Source of the DNA: a virus
Lineage: Duplodnaviria; Caudoviricetes
Direction: 5' to 3' (one strand)
DNA length: 64,000 nt
Virus record (IMG/VR): IMGVR_UViG_3300028591_000078
Location: 128,001-192,000 of that record
Part shown: positions 1-8,860 of the stretch, one piece after another
Layout of the letters: each line of letters starts with the position of its first letter
How positions within the stretch are numbered: position 1 is the stretch's first letter
Position numbers and translations under genes: made by a program
Notes under the pieces: model-generated
Told to the model about the DNA's origin: nothing
Database searches by the model: none
The model's input: the letters and a program-made list of their open reading frames with translations, nothing else

Positions 1-1334
1 CAACCCTTGATATTCTAACAGAATCGATTCGTTATATAAATTTGATATATATCATGTTTTAACTCTTTAACCTAATATGATAAATTCGCTCATTCTAATT
101 CATTATTAGGACTTGATACTTAGCTTGAATTAATTCATTAAGGTGGTCTGATACCTTTGACGAAATAAATCAATAAGTCTCGTTGATATTTAATTTTTCA
201 TGGTTCATTAAGACTATATGATATTTATATTAATTTAATTCAATAGATCTGGATGATACTTGCTTCTGTATAATTCATTAGCTTGCTTTGATATTTATAT
301 TATTTTGATTTAATAATCCTTGATGATATTTAGATGTCGATGGTTCATTATCCCTTTATGATATTTATTCGGTACTGGTTCATTGCGCCGATTTGATATT
401 TACATCTAACTAATTCATTATGATGATGTGATATTTAATAATATGCAATTCAATATTCGCGTTTGATATTTATTATGTCCTGGTTCAGTAAAATAGTATG
501 ATGCTTATTACTAGATAATTCTTTAAATTCCATTGATATATAATTTGACATGATTCATTAAATTTCAATGATACTTAGACGAAGCTAATTCATTACACTG
601 CGGTGATATATAGTTTGTTTTGATTCATTAAACTTCAATGATATTTAGTAAGTCTTAATTCATTACGATTAAGTGATACATTGAGAGACCTAATTCAATA
701 TGGTTTGATGATACTTTCAGATTTATAATTCCTTAAATCCACATGATATTTATTTACTGCAGATTCTTTAAGTTCTATTGATACGTAGTTTGCTGTGATT
801 CATTAATGGTCAATGATACTTAGTTAAATTTAATTCTTTATATTCCACTGATACTTATTTTAAGATGATTCTTTAAAGTATCTTGATACTTATTGAGGTT
901 TAATTCGTTAAGACTCATTGATACTTATTAAGCAATAATTTAATACTCCTGGATGATGCTTAGGATTTGATTGGTTCATTAACTTTTAATGATATTTAAT
1001 TCGATTTGATTCTTTAAATTCTCTTGATACATAGTTTGATATGATTCATTATAATTATTTGATACTTATCGGAGTATAATTCAATAGCTATATCTGATAC
1101 TTAGTACGATTTGATTCTATAGTGCACAAATGATACTTAGCCATGTTTAATTCATTAAAGCTCGATGATAATTACATATTCATGATTCATTATTTAACTT
1201 TGACATTTAAGACCACTTAACTCATTACAACTCGATGATACTTAATAGATAATAATTCATTATATCATTTTGATATTTATTGTCGTTTTGATTCGTTATT
1301 TGACCTTTGATACTTTGAACTTCTTAACTCACTC
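1..1334 (-). repeat. Non-coding dual-repeat/dual-spacer array: 38 units of ~35 bp, TGATAYTTA-N8-TRRTTCATTA-N8 on + strand; candidate TIGR-like guide-RNA array; truncated at left edge
   Basis: The TGATA motif starts at 8, 43, 78, 114, 149 ... 954, 990 ... 1095, 1131 ... 1271, 1308 (period 35, occasionally 36-37). Spacers vary, the period is not a multiple of 3, and there is no ORF. An early-type promoter at 1330-1346 points into it on the - strand. Confidence 0.9.
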
Positions 1335-1346
1335 TAATAATATATG
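1330..1346 (-). promoter_or_regulatory. Early-type phage promoter directed into the 35-bp array
   Basis: Minus strand CATATATTATTAGAGTG matches TATATATTATAATAGTG (29124), TATATATTATAGTAGTG (29974) and TATATATTATAATATTG (5664). Confidence 0.7.
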
Positions 1347-1375
1347 ACCAAAAAAAGCAACTTTTTCACAAGGTC

Positions 1376-1387
1376 AACATATCTATA
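1376..1387 (+). promoter_or_regulatory. Late promoter AACA-N6-TA
   Basis: AACA TATCTA TA upstream of the RBS and CDS at 1414; same motif as AR9 nvRNAP promoters. Confidence 0.7.
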
Positions 1388-1413
1388 ATATAAAACTTGT
1401 GAGGAGGTTTAGT

Positions 1414-2631
1414 ATGGGTAAATTTGTCAATAAAACTTATACTAATACTGTCAATAATTTGGTAGATAGCCAAATTAAGAAGTATGATAATGCTAATTAT
1501 GTCTTTAATGACAAAGCCCCTTATATTGTAGACTTCTATAATCCTAATAATGCTACTACTTTAGCGGAAGGATCTAGACTTAGTTTTGAATCTATAGGAC
1601 CTAATAGCCCTGTTAAATACTCATATATCAAAGACGCAGTAATATACATCTCTGGAGGTAGAATAGAGTTTAACCTTGAAATCGGAGAGTTTGGCACAGA
1701 AGCTTCTGGTGTAGAAGGTGAGGCTTATATACTTCCTAATACGTTTAAACCTATGCCAGGTGCATTCTTTGTATTCAATCATGCTAGTAAAGACTATCTA
1801 TTTATAGTAACTGGTGTTGATATGGATACTATGGAGAATGGAAACAACTGGTATAAGATGCAGTATGCATTATACTATATAGGAAAAGAGACTTATGATA
1901 AACTCAAGAAACAAGTTACAGAGAATTACCATATGATCTCTGACAATATAGGAACAGAGTTTAAGTCTGTAATCAGACAGACTGACTATGATCTTATAAA
2001 CAAAGTAGAACCCTTACTGGATGATATAAGAACATTCTACAACTCGATGTTTTTCAAAGAGTCTCTCCAGACATATGTATTCTATACAGAAGACAATAAA
2101 TATTTCTATGATCCGTATACAATAGAATTTATGTCTAGAACTGGCATAATGAACGATTCTAATCATTATATCTATATAACTCAAGCATTACATCTTCCTA
2201 CTACATTCCCTATCGAATATGATAGAAGCTTCTGGAAGTGTTTTGAAACCAGAAATTGGGAGAAGCTTCCTACTAATAATGCATTCGGTAGATATATAGA
2301 GGATCCGAATTCATTGTTTGTAACCAGACTCGAAGATTACTATTATGCTATCTATACTCCTGATCTGTGGTTCAACTGCTGGCAGCCTCTTGATGAGAAG
2401 GTTATAGGAAATATACAGAATAGACTCTACTATCCTTTTGATGATCCTAAGGCTATATATAATATACTTACAGATTACTTTAGAAATCCCGAGTCTATAA
2501 TCTCTGCAGAGAATCTCAAGGCTATAGATGATCTTGATATGATTCCTACTAGAGACCTCTTTTATCTTATACCATTGATTATATTCTGTATGGAAAGTGC
2601 TATAAAATCAATGCTTCTAACATATAAGTAA
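1414..2631 (+). CDS. Probable virion structural protein
   Basis: Long ORF; GAGGAGG RBS at 1401-1407 favours ATG 1414; late promoter upstream. Confidence 0.55.
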   Translation: MGKFVNKTYTNTVNNLVDSQIKKYDNANYVFNDKAPYIVDFYNPNNATTLAEGSRLSFESIGPNSPVKYSYIKDAVIYISGGRIEFNLEIGEFGTEASGVEGEAYILPNTFKPMPGAFFVFNHASKDYLFIVTGVDMDTMENGNNWYKMQYALYYIGKETYDKLKKQVTENYHMISDNIGTEFKSVIRQTDYDLINKVEPLLDDIRTFYNSMFFKESLQTYVFYTEDNKYFYDPYTIEFMSRTGIMNDSNHYIYITQALHLPTTFPIEYDRSFWKCFETRNWEKLPTNNAFGRYIEDPNSLFVTRLEDYYYAIYTPDLWFNCWQPLDEKVIGNIQNRLYYPFDDPKAIYNILTDYFRNPESIISAENLKAIDDLDMIPTRDLFYLIPLIIFCMESAIKSMLLTYK

Positions 2632-2661
2632 TTTTAACCTTCATAAAAGGGGGAATTTCCA

Positions 2662-2853
2662 ATGCCTAACAGCTTTGAACAGCTTCTTCTTGAAGAGATG
2701 CTTGAAGATGAAGATGATTATCTTTATGACGATTTCTCTTTTATTGATGCTCTGATAGATGACGATGATGAATCATTGTTTGCTACAGATGATGTCGATG
2801 AAGAAGATATATTTGATGAAGATGAAGAAGAGGAGGATGAAGAAAATGTTTGA
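2662..2853 (+). CDS. Small hyper-acidic protein
   Basis: RBS AAGGGGG; about half of the residues are D/E. Confidence 0.7.
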   Translation: MPNSFEQLLLEEMLEDEDDYLYDDFSFIDALIDDDDESLFATDDVDEEDIFDEDEEEEDEENV

Positions 2854-3238
2854 TATCGAAGACATCATGTATGATGATTATATCCCGATACTCGATGATG
2901 ATTGTGATGAATATCTTGATGCAGAGTGTGATGAACTCTCATGCGAGTGTGAATCTACAGTAGGTGCTATGCTTGATGATGAAATCGAAGCTATGCAGGA
3001 GCAGGGAATATTAAATGAGTCATTTGAATACATCGATGCAGATGGTAATACAGTATGTAAGTGCGACGATGAAGATGACGACGATGATGAAGATGATTCA
3101 GATGACGTTCATTATTATATAGATGATGGTACTGAGGACGATGAAGATGATGACGATGATGATTACGAGGATTCTGATCCATCTGAAGATTATGCCGCAG
3201 TTCAAGACTTAGAAGTACAGGTACGGGAGGAAGATTAA
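2846..3238 (+). CDS. Hyper-acidic protein (start MFDIED)
   Basis: GAGGAGG upstream; ATG 2846 overlaps the end of the previous gene; poly-D tracts. Confidence 0.7.
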   Translation: MFDIEDIMYDDYIPILDDDCDEYLDAECDELSCECESTVGAMLDDEIEAMQEQGILNESFEYIDADGNTVCKCDDEDDDDDEDDSDDVHYYIDDGTEDDEDDDDDDYEDSDPSEDYAAVQDLEVQVREED

Positions 3239-3239
3239 T

Positions 3240-3737
3240 ATGGCTATATTAAATTCTAAAGATACTAAGCTTGTAAATGTATATACAAGATCTCCGATTC
3301 GTTCTATGAGTGGTATTCCGATAAGATCATCCATTAGATCGATAAAACTTACTATAAGTGATATCCATGCATGTATTATAGCAAAGGCTAGAGTTGAAGA
3401 GGTTCTTATTGATGGATCTGTAATCTCGCTCAACCTTGCTAATTACAATAAGGATAACAATGCAGAGCTTAAAGCTAAGCTTGAAAACAAGGAAGTTAAA
3501 GCTCCTGAGCTTGTTGAAGTAAAGAAGACTCCTAAGCCTAAAAAATCAACTCCTAAGGTAGAAGAGACAGTTGTTGAAGAACCTGCTCCTGTAGTAGAAG
3601 AAACTCCTATTGTTGAAGAAACAGTAGAAGAGACTCCTGCTGAAGAGGAAGTAGCAGAAGAAACAACTGAAACTGAGGAAGCTTCTGAAGAGCAGCCTGC
3701 TCCTAAGAAGAGAGGCAGAAAAAAGAAGAACTCTTAA
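3240..3737 (+). CDS. Hypothetical protein with E/P/T-rich tail and basic C-terminus
   Basis: RBS GGAGG; 165-aa ORF followed by a terminator. Confidence 0.75.
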   Translation: MAILNSKDTKLVNVYTRSPIRSMSGIPIRSSIRSIKLTISDIHACIIAKARVEEVLIDGSVISLNLANYNKDNNAELKAKLENKEVKAPELVEVKKTPKPKKSTPKVEETVVEEPAPVVEETPIVEETVEETPAEEEVAEETTETEEASEEQPAPKKRGRKKKNS

Positions 3738-3742
3738 AAAAT

Positions 3743-3772
3743 AAACCCGTAGGCACTGTGCCTACGGGTTAA
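3743..3772. terminator. Intrinsic terminator hairpin (probably bidirectional)
   Basis: AACCCGTAGGCA-CTG-TGCCTACGGGTT. Confidence 0.75.
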
Positions 3773-3862
3773 GGTTTGTTTTTGGACCTGATTCCAACTG
3801 ACCCAATGTCCAAATATGATACATATCAGTATATGAAGGAGGTAATTATCTACAATAAGCAA

Positions 3863-3901
3863 TTAGTCATGTGTTGTACCCACAGTCTGATTATCATCCA
3901 T
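3863..3901 (-). CDS. Putative 12-aa micropeptide MDDNQTVGTTHD (or leader within an sRNA)
   Basis: Perfect RBS AGGAGGT and early promoter AATATATTATAATAGTG at 3925-3941 on - strand. Confidence 0.35.
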   Translation of the reverse strand: MDDNQTVGTTHD

Positions 3902-3960
3902 GGCTAACACCTCCTACCTTCTGACACTATTATAATATATTGATCAGAAATTAGAGTTTA

Positions 3961-5601
3961 TCAAAATTCAGGATTAGTAAACTTTACTGTGTCATCGGGA
4001 CACATAGTTAAGCTATACATAGTCTGAATACCTTCTTTATTCTGCTGCAGCATATTAATACCATCAAGGCTAAGTATAGATGCATTAGAGTGTAAGAATT
4101 TATCCAACTCAGCATTAGCTTTCTTTGTATATATAGGTTTTGCAGACATCTGGTCACCATCATAGTCACCAGAAATATTTACAAGTCTAGTATTATGAGT
4201 GATAAGAGTATCTATAAAGTCACTAGATGTATTCTTGTACATATCTTCCTGTCTAATCTTAGGATAGAACTTAAGTACACCTTCACCAGGGAAGTATATA
4301 GTTTCAGTAGCCTTTGTAGAAGATATTATAATCTTAGCAGGATACTGGTTAAAGTATGAGTCTATAGGATATCTTGTAAGAAGAACATGTTTACCCTTAG
4401 TAACAGAGCAGCACGCTATATAGAAGAGATCGCACCAAGTCATATCTCTATCCATAGCTTCGAGCTTATCATAATCTCCTTCTGCATACTCTTTTGCAGT
4501 AATCTGTCTACCTTTAAATCTCATATATACAGGTTTAGAGAACTCTACAGGAACTTCAATAGGGATAAATCTATTAGAATATCCATGTATGAATCTATCT
4601 ATCTGCTTCTTTATATTTGCATCTCCATAATATATTTGCCAGTCTTTAAGAGGAAGCATCTTAACTTCTCCCTTATCTATAACTTCATATGAAGTTCTAC
4701 CAGCAAACTCATTCTCAAAGAATCTTCTTATATAGAATAATACGTAAGGATAGAAGTTTACCAGTGCAGAAGCTAAAGGTAATGCACAATGATAAGGATC
4801 TATCTCAAGATCTTCAAGCTTTTCTACCTTTAACTGAGGTGCAGATATTACCATACGAGTAGAATAGTCTGCAGTCTTAGACATATTAGTTCTTCTGATA
4901 ATACCAAGCTTACCAGGAAGATTACCACCAGTCTCTTCACCATTGATTGTAGTACCAGTACCGAACCAATCATAGATCTGAACTATAATCTCTTGTATTC
5001 TACCTCTAGTAGCATCAGATAAAGTAAGACCATAATCCTGAGATTCTTTCAATGATCTTACTGCTATAATCAGAGACTGATAAAGTTTATTGATTTCACC
5101 TAAACCAAGCTTAGCCTGTTCTGAATTTACATCTCTATAGTAAGGTGGTATAACTATGAACTTGTTGATGAATAGAGTATCCTTATGATCTTTAAGGAAT
5201 TTGATATTATCTACTCTCTTACCATGTCCGAAAGAGAGTTTATCAAGATTCTTCTTGAGGAACCTTACTCCTGTTTCACCGTCATTAGCTTCTTCTATAT
5301 CTCCATTACTATTAATCTTATAGGTAGAAGTGCCATGAACTACTCCACGTACCTTAGATTCTACCTTAGTCCAGATCTTATAATGTAAAGGATGTATAAA
5401 ATCCTCTCCGAGATCTATATATGCATATGTACCAGCTCTATCTTCTTTAGTAATACCAAATATCTGGTAAGATAAGAGCCCTTCAGGGGAAGGTGAGTTA
5501 TTATTATCGAAAGCTACAGGGTCTGTAATCTCTTTACAGTCATTAGCTTTGATGAATTTCTTGGCATCTAGCGGCCATATTTCAAAATGCTGTTCAGCCA
5601 T
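3961..5601 (-). CDS. RNA polymerase beta' N-terminal/catalytic subunit, probably virion RNAP
   Basis: Catalytic GDYDGD motif, VIPPYYRD, RYP, K..DYS.R.VI; late-type promoter variant CACA-N6-TA at 5627-5638. Confidence 0.88.
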   Translation of the reverse strand: MAEQHFEIWPLDAKKFIKANDCKEITDPVAFDNNNSPSPEGLLSYQIFGITKEDRAGTYAYIDLGEDFIHPLHYKIWTKVESKVRGVVHGTSTYKINSNGDIEEANDGETGVRFLKKNLDKLSFGHGKRVDNIKFLKDHKDTLFINKFIVIPPYYRDVNSEQAKLGLGEINKLYQSLIIAVRSLKESQDYGLTLSDATRGRIQEIIVQIYDWFGTGTTINGEETGGNLPGKLGIIRRTNMSKTADYSTRMVISAPQLKVEKLEDLEIDPYHCALPLASALVNFYPYVLFYIRRFFENEFAGRTSYEVIDKGEVKMLPLKDWQIYYGDANIKKQIDRFIHGYSNRFIPIEVPVEFSKPVYMRFKGRQITAKEYAEGDYDKLEAMDRDMTWCDLFYIACCSVTKGKHVLLTRYPIDSYFNQYPAKIIISSTKATETIYFPGEGVLKFYPKIRQEDMYKNTSSDFIDTLITHNTRLVNISGDYDGDQMSAKPIYTKKANAELDKFLHSNASILSLDGINMLQQNKEGIQTMYSLTMCPDDTVKFTNPEF

Positions 5602-5663
5602 ATTAGCCTCCTTGGATAATTAGTATTACTTATATGTGGAAATTTGGCAAATTTGATTTCAAT

Positions 5664-5680
5664 TATATATTATAATATTG
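5664..5680 (+). promoter_or_regulatory. Early-type promoter
   Basis: TATATATTATAATATTG followed by hairpin ATCCACATGATC/GATCATGTGGAT. Confidence 0.65.
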
Positions 5681-5756
5681 AAAAGCAAAAAATATCCACA
5701 TGATCCTGCATGATCATGTGGATACTTCAATCAGCTTCGGAAGGAAGTGATTTAAG

Positions 5757-5936
5757 ATGGAATGGTTTATCCATTACGATGGTACATCTAAAGACCTAGA
5801 TGTGTATGTAAAAAAGGTTGAGCAGAGCCCGAAGAAGCCCTGCTCGGCTACAGATGTGATAAACGATCTTGCTGTTAAGTACAACTGTAATAGCGGTTTA
5901 CTTGATCGCAAGATTAGTTTGCCACTCACTTCGTAG
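5757..5936 (+). CDS. Small early hypothetical protein (59 aa, MEWFIHYDG...), not in ORF track
   Basis: RBS AAGGAAGTG; own early promoter and downstream terminator. Confidence 0.6.
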   Translation: MEWFIHYDGTSKDLDVYVKKVEQSPKKPCSATDVINDLAVKYNCNSGLLDRKISLPLTS

Positions 5937-5960
5937 TACTATATTGTTAGTATTACGATA

Positions 5961-5998
5961 AAAAATAACGAGGGGTTAAATACCCCTCGTTATTTTTT
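5961..5998. terminator. Bidirectional terminator
   Basis: AAAAATAACGAGGGG...CCCCTCGTTATTTTT between convergent genes. Confidence 0.8.
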
Positions 5999-6306
5999 TA
6001 GTATTTACTGAAAGACATCAATAGTGCATCGCCATTGCGAGTTATATTGATAGAGTAAGTTGTTCCATAGACAGTAATAAGATTACCGTCTAACTCATTT
6101 ATGAAACGGTCCAATTCCTTTTTCTCTGCATTCTCTACTTTGTAGTAGATAGCGCCAGAATCATCTACACTAGATGATATATCATAACCCTTATACTTAG
6201 ACATAATAGAATATGCTGCAAAGTTCTCGTCAAAGTACAAACGCATATATTCTACTGTATCTGAGGTTATAGTCTTAGTAAAATTTATGAGATTGCTATC
6301 GGACAA
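5998..6306 (-). CDS. Hypothetical protein
   Basis: 102-aa ORF at the end of the baseplate operon, TTG start. Confidence 0.65.
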   Translation of the reverse strand: MSDSNLINFTKTITSDTVEYMRLYFDENFAAYSIMSKYKGYDISSSVDDSGAIYYKVENAEKKELDRFINELDGNLITVYGTTYSINITRNGDALLMSFSKY

Positions 6307-6307
6307 C

Positions 6308-6481
6308 TTACATCACCGCCTCTTCCAATGTGTCCTCTAAAGCTTCAGCTTCTAATTGCTTTTTGCCTTCTTCAGAAGAATTCCTTTCATTTGCAATATT
6401 ATATAATACAAGGAACTCACCAGCTGGCATATCATAGAGTTCTCGATATGATATCCTTCCTTTATAAAAGGAGGATAACAT
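6308..6481 (-). CDS. Small ORF (57 aa MLSSFYKG...), likely the -1 frameshift extension of the upstream chaperone
   Basis: Fills the gap; reading frame stays open back to the CTT TTT slippery site at 6529-6534; no clear RBS. Confidence 0.6.
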   Translation of the reverse strand: MLSSFYKGRISYRELYDMPAGEFLVLYNIANERNSSEEGKKQLEAEALEDTLEEAVM

Positions 6482-6492
6482 CTCGCATCTTT

Positions 6493-8205
6493 CTACATAT
6501 TGTTTAAGGCTGCCAGCTGACGCCGTGTAAAAAGCATTGTCATAGGATCTCTTTCTTCCTTTGCAATCTTAGCGCCACACTTAGGACAAATGGTTTCGGG
6601 AGCAATGTATTTAAGAGTATTCTCCTTCTCGTCTATATCTGTAATAGCCTTGTTAAGGAGATACGTCTGATCTACATTAAACTTGCTGATTATCTTTGTA
6701 TAGGCTACAATCTTTCTCTTAACAGTCTTTACAAAGTCTGTTCTATCAGGCTTGTAGTCTATCGGAATAAGAGTCTTGTTTACAGCATCAATAAGGAAGA
6801 TCTGATCAACATAAGTAATTACACCAAGGAGATCACTATACTTATTGACAAACTCTGTATCAAGAGCAGCAGGCTCCATCTCTGCAGTATAAATACTAGG
6901 AGTCTTAATAGCGAATACATAATCATCTGTAATCTGTACAAGCTTAGCCTTATAAGATCCTGCAGATGTAGTATCACCACTTCTTATCTTTTCTACCATA
7001 TTCTTTACTTCATCATTAGGATATTCAACCATATCATCTACAGGAACTTCCTGCATGAATGTATGCTTGCATGCATCACAAGAATACGGTACAAGGTTTG
7101 TATCTTCAAATGTTGCCTTATATGCACAGAAGAATAATTCAGGGATATCTACCTCGGCAACAAGCTTAAGCCATGCTTCAAGAGAACCAGGCTTATTATC
7201 ATCAAGAAGATGATTATAGAAGACAGAAAATCTTTCTTTGGTAAGATTAAGCATATTTCTATCTCTTCTATTAGGATTGAGCTTCTCTATCTCAATACCA
7301 GAAAGTGCTGTCATAGCAACAGGCCTCTTAGCATTAAGCAGAGCCCAGTCAGCACTCTTAACTTCTGTTCTAGAAGGTGCATTAAGAATCTTAGCAGCAG
7401 AGATAGGCTTTCTAGAGATAGTGAATTCACTAAGATCAAAGCTCTTCTTTATAGGATGAATCTTAGATCTAATATCTTCCTTGAACTCGTCAAGTCTCTT
7501 CTGCTGTTCCTCTTCAGATTCTTCATTTTCAGGAGCATCTTCATCATCGTCTTCATCACTAAGACCGATAGCCTTTTCAAATTCTTCATCTGTAAGGCTA
7601 TCAGAAGTAAAGTCTATAGTAGGTTCAGGTTTCTTTTCTTCAACCTTTTCCTTAGGCTTTTCTTCTTCGCTAGGAGTATAGTCATAGTCTGAAACATCAG
7701 AAGTTTCTGTAGTAGTATTAGCTACATCATCTTCTTCCTCACCGAAAAGATCATCAACGTCATCATTTACTGTTGTCTTAGAGTTAAGTTTGATATTAGA
7801 CTTTTCAGTAGTCTTCCCATCTGCCTCTTCGAGAAGCTCTTCCATAGCCTTTTCATCCTTAATTTCCTCTACAGCTTCATTATACTCTTTGATCTTTTCC
7901 ATCTGAGGCTTAATAAGATTCTCTGTAAGATCCTTCTTATAGCGATCTGCAGCCTCATCGATCTTGAATATAGCGTTACCAAATACATCCTCTTCTGCCG
8001 GAGGTGCATCATCTACAGGTAAAGTCTTTGCTATATCAGTTATTCCTACAATATTACCAGGATTAAGCTGGCGATCCTTCCAATTAGGACGCTGTTTTCC
8101 AGGAACTTTCTCTTCTACATCTGCCTGAGTCTTGGGCTCAGTGGCTACTTCTTCTGCCTTGGTCTCAGGTGTCTTGAGATCATTAAGGGAAATATTCTCT
8201 GCCAT
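6493..8205 (-). CDS. Baseplate hub/tail assembly chaperone-like protein (T4 gp26/gp51-like) with acidic N-terminal half
   Basis: CDAC and CPKC zinc-knuckle pairs, KTPS motif, adjacent to a gp25-like gene. Confidence 0.6.
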   Translation of the reverse strand: MAENISLNDLKTPETKAEEVATEPKTQADVEEKVPGKQRPNWKDRQLNPGNIVGITDIAKTLPVDDAPPAEEDVFGNAIFKIDEAADRYKKDLTENLIKPQMEKIKEYNEAVEEIKDEKAMEELLEEADGKTTEKSNIKLNSKTTVNDDVDDLFGEEEDDVANTTTETSDVSDYDYTPSEEEKPKEKVEEKKPEPTIDFTSDSLTDEEFEKAIGLSDEDDDEDAPENEESEEEQQKRLDEFKEDIRSKIHPIKKSFDLSEFTISRKPISAAKILNAPSRTEVKSADWALLNAKRPVAMTALSGIEIEKLNPNRRDRNMLNLTKERFSVFYNHLLDDNKPGSLEAWLKLVAEVDIPELFFCAYKATFEDTNLVPYSCDACKHTFMQEVPVDDMVEYPNDEVKNMVEKIRSGDTTSAGSYKAKLVQITDDYVFAIKTPSIYTAEMEPAALDTEFVNKYSDLLGVITYVDQIFLIDAVNKTLIPIDYKPDRTDFVKTVKRKIVAYTKIISKFNVDQTYLLNKAITDIDEKENTLKYIAPETICPKCGAKIAKEERDPMTMLFTRRQLAALNNM

Positions 8206-8230
8206 AATATTGATTCCTCCATTTTATATA

Positions 8231-8602
8231 TTATAATTCAGATAAGGTTAGAGTTTCCTTATCGAAATCTGCTACGTACTTTATATCATTAGATAAAAGC
8301 ATGATTCTTACTGTATGACTATCATATAACTCTACCTCTACAGTACAGTCATATAATTCTGGTAAATATGTATGGCACTGATCTTCTATATCATGCCTTA
8401 ATGCCGGGAGATCATCAGTGTTAGAATACCTATATCTAGATACTATACCAACTCCCATATCAGGATGATGCTGTATAGTACCAGGATCCATAAGTATAAG
8501 TCTTGTTATAAGCGTTTGCGTGGCTGCAGGTTTGCCTTCGCTATCTACATATTTCTTAGGTCTATCGAACTTATTGATAGACAGCAAGTACTCAGTAGCC
8601 AT
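8231..8602 (-). CDS. Baseplate wedge/sheath initiator, gp25-like
   Basis: LILMDPGT...PDMGVGI pattern of the GPW/gp25 family; late promoter AACAGCTTATTA at 8622-8633. Confidence 0.7.
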   Translation of the reverse strand: MATEYLLSINKFDRPKKYVDSEGKPAATQTLITRLILMDPGTIQHHPDMGVGIVSRYRYSNTDDLPALRHDIEDQCHTYLPELYDCTVEVELYDSHTVRIMLLSNDIKYVADFDKETLTLSEL

Positions 8603-8663
8603 ATAACCACCTCTTTTGATTTAATAAGCTGTTTATCAAATCATTTTTTACTGAAGCATAAAA

Positions 8664-8812
8664 TGACCTCCCCGCAGGGAGGTCTTAGCCGGCATGAACT
8701 ACACCTTCATATCAGATGCAGATTTAAATCTATGACAGACTACTTCAGAGAATATGAAGGTTTCTATCTTCGAATAAATCAACTAGTCTGGTATGGGTTC
8801 ACTCACACTAAT
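8664..8812 (-). ncRNA. Candidate structured small RNA
   Basis: AACT-N6-TA promoter variant at ~8809-8820; terminal hairpin GACCTCCC/GGGAGGTC; interleaved complementary pairs. Confidence 0.35.
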
Positions 8813-8829
8813 TAATAGTTATATATAAA

Positions 8830-8860
8830 ATAGAGTCAGGGTTTAATCCCTGACTCTATA
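8830..8860. terminator. Terminator hairpin
   Basis: TAGAGTCAGGG-TTTAAT-CCCTGACTCTA. Confidence 0.7.

Noticed and set aside
1-1334. CRISPR array or coding repeat interpretation
   Set aside because: Repeats are only 9-10 nt and alternate between two types, spacers are 8 nt, no cas genes are seen, and the 35-bp period with many stops excludes a protein repeat even under stop-codon recoding
1-1334. Type III toxin-antitoxin (ToxI-like) repeat array
   Set aside because: Period is similar, but ToxI repeats are near-identical whereas here 16 of 35 positions vary freely; no ToxN-like gene is seen
8465-8815. 116-aa + strand ORF
   Set aside because: Overlaps the gp25-like gene antisense and crosses a terminator hairpin; no RBS
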